This document shows positions 39,157 through 47,186 of a DNA stretch of 64,000 nucleotides, piece by piece. The stretch is from an archaeon. Lineage in GTDB: Archaea > Thermoproteota > Nitrososphaeria > Nitrososphaerales > Gagatemarchaeaceae. Every line of letters begins with the position of its first letter. Position 1 is the stretch's first letter. Under the pieces are notes generated by a model. That model worked only from the letters and a program-made list of their open reading frames with translations. It searched no databases and was not told the DNA's origin. Position numbers and translations under genes: made by a program. The stretch spans positions 696-64,695 of the forward strand of contig JAJYWC010000005.1 in the NCBI GenBank assembly GCA_021791695.1. Direction: 5' to 3'.

Positions 39157-40185
39157 ATGAAAGTAGCCAACCTGTACGGCCCCCTGGACATCCGGACCGA
39201 GGACTGGCCCTTGCCCGTCCCCGTGCGGGAACAGGTCCTGGTCAAGATAAGGGCCTCCGGCATCTGCGGTTCTGACATAAACAGCTACACTGGCAGGACG
39301 TACGAGGGCACATTCCCGTACGTGCCCGGGCACGAGTGGTCGGGCGAGGTCGAGCAGGTCGGCGATGCGGTCGCGACGCTGAGGAAGGGTGACAAGGTAA
39401 CCGGAGAGACCGTTGTCGGCTGCGGCAACTGTGACAAGTGCAAGGCGGGCGTGAACCCGAACTTCTGCAGGAGTCCCACCGTCTACGGGTTTCAAACCAG
39501 GGCCCCGGGAGGCTTCGCCCAGTACGTCCTGCGAGACGAGCGCAACCTGTCTAAGCTCCCGCCCGCGATGACGCACGACCAGGGAGCCCTCGTCGAGCCC
39601 CTCTCCGTGGCGTACCACGCAGTCTGGGGGCTCGCGGGCGGGGTCCAGTCGACCGAGACCGTGGTGGTCTTCGGGGCCGGGCCGGTGGGGTTGTTCGCCC
39701 TCTCGGTCGTAAAGGGCTCGCGGGCGCGCGCCATTGCGATAGACCCGATCGAGATGAGGAGGGACCTCGCCCTGAGGCTCGGCGCTGACCACGTGGTCGA
39801 CCCGCTCAGGGAGGACGTCACCCAGCAGGTGCTCAGGCTGACGGGAGGGCACGGAGCCGACCTGGTCCTCGAAGCCTCAGGCAACGACGACGCTCGCTCA
39901 CGGCTCTTCGACGTCGCCGACGGGTCGGGGCGCGTCGTCATGATAGGCCAGACGCAGATGAAGCGGATACCCATGGAGATGGAGAAGCTGGTGGTGAAGG
40001 GACTGACCGTCAGGGGTGCCCAGGGAAGCCCGGGGATGTTCCAGCGCACCATTGACTTCCTCGAACACAGCCCGGCCGACCTCACCCTGATGATATCGCA
40101 TCACTTCCCCCTTGAGAAGACCAAGGAGGCCCTCGACCTCGCCAGCCAGAGGACCGGCAGCGTGAAGGTAGTCCTTACGGACTAG
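39157..40185 (+). CDS. Zn-dependent polyol dehydrogenase
   Basis: Start ATG at 39157 (MKVANLYG); CGSD, GHE, CGNCDKC..C, EPLSV, GAGPVG. Confidence 0.9.
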   Translation: MKVANLYGPLDIRTEDWPLPVPVREQVLVKIRASGICGSDINSYTGRTYEGTFPYVPGHEWSGEVEQVGDAVATLRKGDKVTGETVVGCGNCDKCKAGVNPNFCRSPTVYGFQTRAPGGFAQYVLRDERNLSKLPPAMTHDQGALVEPLSVAYHAVWGLAGGVQSTETVVVFGAGPVGLFALSVVKGSRARAIAIDPIEMRRDLALRLGADHVVDPLREDVTQQVLRLTGGHGADLVLEASGNDDARSRLFDVADGSGRVVMIGQTQMKRIPMEMEKLVVKGLTVRGAQGSPGMFQRTIDFLEHSPADLTLMISHHFPLEKTKEALDLASQRTGSVKVVLTD

Positions 40186-40582
40186 GCGCGACTTAGGAAG
40201 ATGGAGCGGTCCTTCTTGGTCGTGAGCTCGTCGAGGGAGTTCTTGCCTATCCGGAAGGTCCTCTCAACCTCGAAGGAGCCCTTCCGAACTAGTAGAGGCT
40301 GGTCTCAAGACTTATGACCATCCCGACCTCCAGCGGCATCTCGGTCGTCGCCTTCACGACCTCGTCATCGATGGTGACGGGCCGGCCGGCTCCAGCGAGC
40401 ACGGCGAAGACCTCCTTCCTCTCGCGCGGCGCGCCCAGGGCGAGCACGTTCTCCGTGTACTTCTGGTACAGCCAGCAGTCAAACCCGGTGAGGTACGCTA
40501 CGTTCATCGTCGAGCTGGTGAGCAGCGCCTTGACGCCGTGCTCGGATAGATGCTCCCTAGCCCGCGAGAGGTTGGGAGGCAT
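40182..40582 (-). pseudogene. M24 (Xaa-Pro peptidase/creatinase) remnant with internal deletion and frameshift
   Basis: N-terminal NVAYLTGF is joined directly to the C-terminal PLEVGMVISLETSLY; after a frameshift it continues RKGSFEVERTFRIGKNSLDELTT. Confidence 0.7.
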
Positions 40583-40593
40583 CGCTCCCTTCC

Positions 40594-41577
40594 CTAAAAC
40601 ACCGAGAGGACGTTCCTGGCCGCGGCTTCCATCTCCTTCTTGTTGGGAGGCGTGAAGAGGATTATCTCGTTGGCCCCGACCTCGATATACTCATCGAGGA
40701 CCTTGATGAGGTCGTCCCAGTTCTTGCACGAGTGGATGAACTTGCTGAGTCTCTTCGCGGTAAGCGTCCTGGTCGCGTTCTCTAGAGCAATGGGGGTCCT
40801 GATGTCCACCGAGTTCTTGACGAATGGGGTGAGCTCGTGCCTGGAGTCCTTGAGCACCTGGGCGTGGGACTTGAACGCAAAATCGAGATGGACGACCAGC
40901 CCACCTGCCTTCTTCTTGGCGTCCTTCTGCCCCTTCCTGAACTCGGGAAGGATGACATCTCTTATCCTCTCAGCGTTGTTCCACGGACTCAGGGTGACGA
41001 GATGGTCGCCGTAGCGGCCCGCGCGGTAGGCCGCCTTGGGTCCCACGGCGGAGAAGTACATCTCGAGCCTCGTCCTCGGCTTGGTGTACATGTAGTAGAA
41101 GTCGGAGGAGAAGTACTTGCCCTTGAACGAGAAGTGCCGCGGCGCGGTCCAGAGCTTCTCCATCAGGGTGAGCCCCTCACAGAGACGATCCATCCTCTCC
41201 TGCCAGTCGGGCCATCTGTCGTTCCAGAAGGGGACCTCGTTGACCGCCTCTCCCGCTCCCACGCTGACCAGGAACCTCCCCGGGTACATGTTGTCGAGGG
41301 TCGCTGAGGCCTGCGCTACCAGGGCCGGATGATAGCGCGCCCCGATGGGCGTCGTGACGAGCGGGCCCAGCTGGACCTTCTTCGTCCTCTCCAGCGCCGA
41401 GGCCATCACCGACCAGACGAACGACGACCTGTCACTGGTGTGGAACCAGGGCATGAAGTGGTCTCCGAACCAGAGACGCTTGAAACCGAGCTCCTCCCCG
41501 TAGACCGTAGCTTCGACGAAATCCCTGGGGTCGTAGTAGTTCTCCCCAAGGTCGAGCGAGATGATTGGCTTGGCCAT
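40594..41577 (-). CDS. LLM F420-dependent dehydrogenase, FGD/Adf-like
   Basis: WFGDHFMPWFH, VTTPIGARYHPA, GAGEAVNE, SAVGP; ATG at 41577. Confidence 0.85.
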   Translation of the reverse strand: MAKPIISLDLGENYYDPRDFVEATVYGEELGFKRLWFGDHFMPWFHTSDRSSFVWSVMASALERTKKVQLGPLVTTPIGARYHPALVAQASATLDNMYPGRFLVSVGAGEAVNEVPFWNDRWPDWQERMDRLCEGLTLMEKLWTAPRHFSFKGKYFSSDFYYMYTKPRTRLEMYFSAVGPKAAYRAGRYGDHLVTLSPWNNAERIRDVILPEFRKGQKDAKKKAGGLVVHLDFAFKSHAQVLKDSRHELTPFVKNSVDIRTPIALENATRTLTAKRLSKFIHSCKNWDDLIKVLDEYIEVGANEIILFTPPNKKEMEAAARNVLSVF

Positions 41578-41668
41578 CGCCTGCGTTACCTTCGCGGCCT
41601 CCTTTAAGTCCATCACACGCGGGCAACTTCACATTAATAATCCGGGCGCGCGCTCGCCGCGACGCGAG

Positions 41669-42424
41669 ATGATTCCTTCGTGCAGCAGCATAACGTGGGG
41701 CGAGCTCAAAGATGAGCAAGATCTCAAGAAGACCCTTGCTTCGATCAAGAAACTGGGATACGCGGAGGCCGGTATAGAGTATCCCCTGCTGGGGCCCGGG
41801 CTGAGGAAGGACCTCGTCAAGACTGGCGCGCTGGTCAGGGGGTACGGGCTTCCCATATCGGCCGTCGCGATCGACACCTCCCCGTCCATGGCGGGGGTGG
41901 TGACCGCGTTCGGCTCCTCGGTCGGATGGCTCTGCCTCTTCGAGAAGGACATCGACGTCGCCATCGAGAAGACCAAGAAGCTCACGGCGGCCTGCGGGAA
42001 GGTCGGGGTCAACGTCTCCCTACATCCTCACGTCAAGAGCAACCTCCTCACGACGGAGGACCTAGACCGGGTAATGAAGGCCTGTCTGCCCAACCCCACC
42101 TCTGTCACCGTCGACACGGCGCACCTGACCGCACTCGACATCGACATACCCAAGTTCGTCGCAAGGTACAAGACCAAGATATCGCTCGTGCACATGAAGG
42201 ACCTCAGGGTCAAGAAGCCGCAGGAAGAGGTCGACTACGAGAAGGACTTTGTCGACCTGGGCGATGGAGTGGCCGACCTGAAGGGGACGGTGAAGGCCCT
42301 CAAGGCGACCGGATACAAGGGAGCGGTGATGGTCGAGGTCGACTATCCCCACGACGTGTCTGTCGAGGCTTCGTCGAGGAAGAACTACAGGGTCCTCTCG
42401 TCTCTGCTCCGTTCCTACGGCTGA
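41669..42424 (+). CDS. Sugar phosphate isomerase/epimerase, IolE (inosose dehydratase)-like
   Basis: ITWG, LHPH, DTAHL, HMKD, LGDG, MVEVD. Confidence 0.78.
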   Translation: MIPSCSSITWGELKDEQDLKKTLASIKKLGYAEAGIEYPLLGPGLRKDLVKTGALVRGYGLPISAVAIDTSPSMAGVVTAFGSSVGWLCLFEKDIDVAIEKTKKLTAACGKVGVNVSLHPHVKSNLLTTEDLDRVMKACLPNPTSVTVDTAHLTALDIDIPKFVARYKTKISLVHMKDLRVKKPQEEVDYEKDFVDLGDGVADLKGTVKALKATGYKGAVMVEVDYPHDVSVEASSRKNYRVLSSLLRSYG

Positions 42425-42481
42425 AGGCATCCCCTCCAAGTAGAAATAAATAGAATCGAGAATCCGCGCTCCCGATTAAGA

Positions 42482-44023
42482 ATGCAAGAGAACGTGGCGG
42501 GAACGGGATTCGGAAAACCGGCCCTTAAGCTCAGCCGATTCTTCGACGCCATACACGGTGACGAAGACGTCCCGGTCTTCAGGTGGTACCTAGACGGCCA
42601 ATGGAAGGAAGCCCCGGCGGGACGGACGCAGAACGTGGAGACGCCCATCGACGGCAGCACCATCGCGCGCGTCTACAGGGGCACGGAAGCCGACGTCGGC
42701 TCGGCCATAGACGCCGCGACGGCTTCGCAGAAGAGAATCCGCAGCCTCGCCGCAATCGAGAGGATTGAGATGTTCAGGACGGCCGCCGAGATAGTGACGT
42801 CGAAGAAGACGGACTTCGAGGAGACCCTCGTCCTGGAGGCTGGGAAGACAAGGGGCGACGCGGCGGGAGAGGTGAAGGCGACCATCGAGAGGATGCAGAT
42901 GACGATGGAGGAGGCCAGGAAGATCTTTGGCGACTACATCCCTGGCGACTGGTCCGAGGACACGCGAGGCAAGGTCGCCCTGGTGATACACGAGCCGGTG
43001 GGGGTGGTCGGCGCGATCGGTCCATTCAACTTTCCGCTCTACATAACGGCGGCGAAGATAATCCCGGCCCTGCTCTCCGGGAACTCGATCATCGTGAAGC
43101 CCGCTAGCAAGACCCCTCTCAGCCAACTCCTCTTCGCGAGGGTGCTTCAGGAGGCGGGAATCCCTGCGGGGACGATAAGCGTCGTGACCGGTCCGGGTAA
43201 GATCGCCACGCAGCTAGCGTCAAGCCCGCGCGTCGGGGTGGTGTCCTTCACGGGGAGCACCGAGGTCGGGAAGCTCCTGAACCAGGCATCCTCGGTCAAG
43301 CCCCTCCACCTGGAGCTCGGAGGCAAAGGCTTCGCAATAGTACTAGACGACGCTGACATTGCCCTGTCCGCGGAGAGGTGCGTCATGGGGTCTCTCAAGT
43401 ACTCTGGCCAGAGGTGCGACGCGGTGAGCGCGGTCCTCGTCCAGGACGAGGTCGCCGACGGCCTCGTGGCAGCCATGACAACAGAAGTCGACAAGTGGAA
43501 GATGGGCGACCCGCGAGACCCGACAGTCAAAATGGGGCCCGTGATCAACCGCGAGGCCGCGGAAAGGATAGCCGGGCTGGTTGACGACGCGGTCGCCAAG
43601 GGAGCGAGACTCGTCAGGGGCGGTGGGCACCGCAACTGCTACTTCGAGCCGACGCTACTCGACTCAGTCACACAGGACGCGAGGATTCTCTGGGAGGAGA
43701 CCTTCGGACCCGTGGTCACTGTCGTGCGGGTAAAAGACGAGGCGGAGGCGCTCGACATCACGTCGAGGTCGAGGTACGGCCTGGACTCGTGCGTCTTCAC
43801 GAACAGCCTATACAGGATGTGGCGCGTGGCCAAGAGCGTCAGGGCGGGAGGGGTCACCGTGAACGACCTCCCGAGACACGGGGTGGGCTTCTTCCCGTTC
43901 GGCGGGGTGAAGGATTCGGGGATGGGACGCGAGGGGATAGGTTACTCGATAGACGAGATGACGGTCCTCAAGACCATCGTCATCAACATAGAACCAGCTG
44001 GGCTGGGAAAGACGATGCGCTAG
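42482..44023 (+). CDS. gapN: Non-phosphorylating glyceraldehyde-3-phosphate dehydrogenase (archaeal GAPN, ALDH family)
   Basis: GDYIPGDW, PFNFP, FTGST, ELGGK, YSGQRCDA, EETFGP, PRHGVGFFPFGG..SG.GREGIGYS. Confidence 0.85.
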   Translation: MQENVAGTGFGKPALKLSRFFDAIHGDEDVPVFRWYLDGQWKEAPAGRTQNVETPIDGSTIARVYRGTEADVGSAIDAATASQKRIRSLAAIERIEMFRTAAEIVTSKKTDFEETLVLEAGKTRGDAAGEVKATIERMQMTMEEARKIFGDYIPGDWSEDTRGKVALVIHEPVGVVGAIGPFNFPLYITAAKIIPALLSGNSIIVKPASKTPLSQLLFARVLQEAGIPAGTISVVTGPGKIATQLASSPRVGVVSFTGSTEVGKLLNQASSVKPLHLELGGKGFAIVLDDADIALSAERCVMGSLKYSGQRCDAVSAVLVQDEVADGLVAAMTTEVDKWKMGDPRDPTVKMGPVINREAAERIAGLVDDAVAKGARLVRGGGHRNCYFEPTLLDSVTQDARILWEETFGPVVTVVRVKDEAEALDITSRSRYGLDSCVFTNSLYRMWRVAKSVRAGGVTVNDLPRHGVGFFPFGGVKDSGMGREGIGYSIDEMTVLKTIVINIEPAGLGKTMR

Positions 44024-44790
44024 AAGTACTTCTTGAGGACCTTGTCGAGGTTCGGAGAGGGCTTGTACGTTGCTACCTTGCTCTGGTAGAGGTTCTTCGA
44101 CTTCTTCAGGTCGGCGAACATCTCGCCGAACTTTATCCCCGCCTCGACAGCGTCCACGACCGGAGCGTCGACGTGTTTCCTGAGGTAGTCTGCGAGACCT
44201 GCGAAGCCGGCCGAGCCGTTGACAATGACATCCGCCCTGTCTTCCGAGACGGCCAGCCTCGCCTGGTCGAGCACCCTCTCGTAGATCTTCGCCATGGCGT
44301 TGCGCCCCATCATCTCGTCGAGGGGGATGTTCGCCGGTCTCACAGAGACGCAGAAGTCCTCGAGGTGGCGCTCCCTCACCATCCTGTCTATCCAGGACGC
44401 AATCTTGTTGTCGTACGTCATGATTGAGAAGCTCTGCCCCAGTACCTGCGCCATGAGCAGGCAAGCCTCGCCTATCCCAACGGCGGGGATGTCCAGCACT
44501 TCCTTGATTCCGTATTCGGCGTCGGTCGAGCCGACGCAGCCTATCACGACCGCGTCACATCCGTCCTTCTGCGCCTGCCTGGCGACCGGGATCATCGCGC
44601 TGAACATCTTCGGGTGGACGTACCAGTACGCCATCTCCGCCTCGTCGGGGAGGTCGTTCGGGAGCGCGTAGATCTTTACCGAGGTATCCGGCCTCTTCAC
44701 ACTGTCTATGGTCTCCCTGAGCGACTTGAAGAAAGCCGGATTGGCTTCCTTCTCGGATTCCTTACCCGGGAAGATGAAAGCGAGCTTCAT
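44020..44790 (-). CDS. Asp/Glu/hydantoin racemase-family protein
   Basis: DAVVIGC, IPAVGIGEA, ADVIVNGSAG (second Cys replaced by Ser), PVVDAV. Confidence 0.8.
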   Translation of the reverse strand: MKLAFIFPGKESEKEANPAFFKSLRETIDSVKRPDTSVKIYALPNDLPDEAEMAYWYVHPKMFSAMIPVARQAQKDGCDAVVIGCVGSTDAEYGIKEVLDIPAVGIGEACLLMAQVLGQSFSIMTYDNKIASWIDRMVRERHLEDFCVSVRPANIPLDEMMGRNAMAKIYERVLDQARLAVSEDRADVIVNGSAGFAGLADYLRKHVDAPVVDAVEAGIKFGEMFADLKKSKNLYQSKVATYKPSPNLDKVLKKYF

Positions 44791-44902
44791 TGGGCCCGCT
44801 CCCGCCCTCGCCGATTAAATGCTTTCCCGTCTCGCCGCTTCACGCCTGATTCTGCGCCCGAATCGCGAAAGATAGATTAGAGGGAGAGGACGTACGCTCG
44901 AC

Positions 44903-47158
44903 ATGAGCACGAACGCCAAAACTCTGGCGATTGTTGGTTACGCGGACAGGCTTCGAGCCAGGCCGGGCGACACCCTGAACTTCATGGTGAGCAGCGAGCA
45001 TCCGAGGTACAAGGTCGAGATAGTGAGGCTCATCCACGGCGACCAGAACAAGGCTGGTCCGGGGTTCAAGTCGGAGACGTTGGAGGCGGACGCCGGCACC
45101 TACGAGGGCAGGGTCCAGGCATTCCACCACGGCTCCTGCATCGTCGTCCCCAACGCCCCCGCGCTCAGACGGCTCTCCAGTTTCACGATCCAGCTCTGGG
45201 TCTTTGCGACCACCTCAGAGAAGAAGGAGAGGGCCCTGGTCGTCCAGGGCTCCGACAGGAAGGGCTCCCAGTACGCGCTCTCGATCGGGCGGGATGGCAA
45301 GCTCACGCTACGCATCAGGGACGCGGCCGGAAAGACGGATGAGATAAGGGCGGAGAAGTCCATAGCCCCGTTCAATTGGTACTTCATCGCAGCCTCGTAC
45401 AGCCACCGCAGCTCCCGGGCCACGCTGGTCCAGCGTGTGATCCAGCCGGACCCCCGGAACGAGCTTGATTCCACGGTCCAGAAAGCCCTCAAGACGGGGA
45501 CGCTGGGAGCCAACGAATCTGACCTTTGTATGGCGGCGGTGCTCCAGAAGGACGGTTCGAAGCGGAAGTGCTTCAACGGCAAGCTCGACGGCGTGAAGGT
45601 CTTCTCGAGGGTCTTGTCCTCCGCCGAGCTCGAGGCACTGGATACGGCTTCCTGGACTAAAACTCCCGGGCTCGTGGGCGCCTGGGACTTTGCCCACGAC
45701 ACCCAGTCTAGCACGGTCAAGGACCTCTCGAAGAACAGGCTCCACGGGCAGGCGCTGAACTTCCCGACCAGGGCCGTGACCGGGCACAACTGGACAGGCG
45801 ACGTCCACGACTTCAGGCAGGCGCCGAGGGAATACAACGCGATTCACTTCCACGACGACGACCAGGGCCACGCTGGCTGGAAGGTTGACTTCCAGTACAG
45901 AGTACCCCCGGGGTTGAAGAGCGGGGTCTACGCCGCGCGCCTCTACGCGGGGTCCGACGAGGACTACGTGCCCTTCTTCGTCATCCCGCCAAGGGGCAGG
46001 CCGTCCGCCAAGATAGCATTCCTCGTCCCCACCTTCAGCTACATGGCCTACGGCAACGAGGAGACCCTCGTAACTGCCGGGACCGGCAAGAAGCTGGGGG
46101 TGGCGTCCGGGACCAGGTATCCCAGGCAGCCGCAGGATGTCTATATCGTGACGAACCGTCTGATGAGCGTCTACGACCATCACAGCGACGACAGCGGCGT
46201 CTGCTACGTCTCCAGCCTGAGGCCCATTCTGAACATGCGCCCCAAGTACAACATGCCCGGGCTCTGGGAGGGCAAGGGTGCCCCGCATCAGTTCAACGCC
46301 GACCTCCACCTTGTCGACTGGCTCGAGCAAAAGGGGTTCGAGTACGACGTCGTGACTGACGAGGACCTCCATCACGAGGGCGAAGCGGTGATTGCCCAGT
46401 ACAACCTGGTCATGACGGGTTCGCATCCCGAGTACTGGTCTGGCCGGATGCTTGACGCCATGCAGACCTACCTCAACGGCGGTGGGAGGCTGATGTACAT
46501 GGGAGGGAACGGCTTCTACTGGGTCACCCAGGTCAACCCTGAAGACCCCCACAACTTCGAGGTGAGGCGGTGGGGAGGCACTGGGACCTGGAACGCCAAG
46601 CCCGGAGAGTTCCACCTGAGCACCACGGGGGAGATGGGCGGTCTCTGGAGGAACAGGAACAGGACTCCCAACAAGATGCTCGGGGTCGGTTTCACCGCCC
46701 AGGGCTTCGACTCCAACCGTCCGTACACGCGTGAGAAGGACAGCTTCGACCCTAGGATGGCGTTCATCTTCAAGGGCATAGGGGCCAGGGAGGTCATAGG
46801 CGGGTTCCCGTCACTCGTCCAGAATGCGGGCGCCGCCGGCTTCGAGATAGACCGGCTGGACTTCTCGCTGGGCACCCCAGCGAACACCCTCCTCCTGGCC
46901 AGCGCAAAGGGGTTCAGCAACAGCTACCAGCACGTTCTGGAGGAGAACACCATGTCGGACGACAAACAGGGAGGTCAGTTCAACGAATTAGTCCGTGCCG
47001 ATATCGTCTACGTGCCCTATCCCAAAGGTGGCGCAGTCTTCTCCGTCGGCTCGATAGCCTGGTATGCGTCTCTATCGTACAACAGGTACGACAACAACGT
47101 CTCTCGACTCACAGAGAACGTGGTATCAAGGTTCGCCTCGGACAGACCGCTGCCTTAG
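44903..47158 (+). CDS. N,N-dimethylformamidase large (beta) subunit-like protein with LamG-like domain
   Basis: IVRLIHGD, AIHFHDDD, YMAYGN, SVYDHH, GSHPEYWS, GGNGFYW, AAGFEID, GAVFSVGSIAW. Confidence 0.88.
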   Translation: MSTNAKTLAIVGYADRLRARPGDTLNFMVSSEHPRYKVEIVRLIHGDQNKAGPGFKSETLEADAGTYEGRVQAFHHGSCIVVPNAPALRRLSSFTIQLWVFATTSEKKERALVVQGSDRKGSQYALSIGRDGKLTLRIRDAAGKTDEIRAEKSIAPFNWYFIAASYSHRSSRATLVQRVIQPDPRNELDSTVQKALKTGTLGANESDLCMAAVLQKDGSKRKCFNGKLDGVKVFSRVLSSAELEALDTASWTKTPGLVGAWDFAHDTQSSTVKDLSKNRLHGQALNFPTRAVTGHNWTGDVHDFRQAPREYNAIHFHDDDQGHAGWKVDFQYRVPPGLKSGVYAARLYAGSDEDYVPFFVIPPRGRPSAKIAFLVPTFSYMAYGNEETLVTAGTGKKLGVASGTRYPRQPQDVYIVTNRLMSVYDHHSDDSGVCYVSSLRPILNMRPKYNMPGLWEGKGAPHQFNADLHLVDWLEQKGFEYDVVTDEDLHHEGEAVIAQYNLVMTGSHPEYWSGRMLDAMQTYLNGGGRLMYMGGNGFYWVTQVNPEDPHNFEVRRWGGTGTWNAKPGEFHLSTTGEMGGLWRNRNRTPNKMLGVGFTAQGFDSNRPYTREKDSFDPRMAFIFKGIGAREVIGGFPSLVQNAGAAGFEIDRLDFSLGTPANTLLLASAKGFSNSYQHVLEENTMSDDKQGGQFNELVRADIVYVPYPKGGAVFSVGSIAWYASLSYNRYDNNVSRLTENVVSRFASDRPLP

Positions 47159-47186
47159 GCGGCCTCGGGCTGGGGAGCGATGCCTC

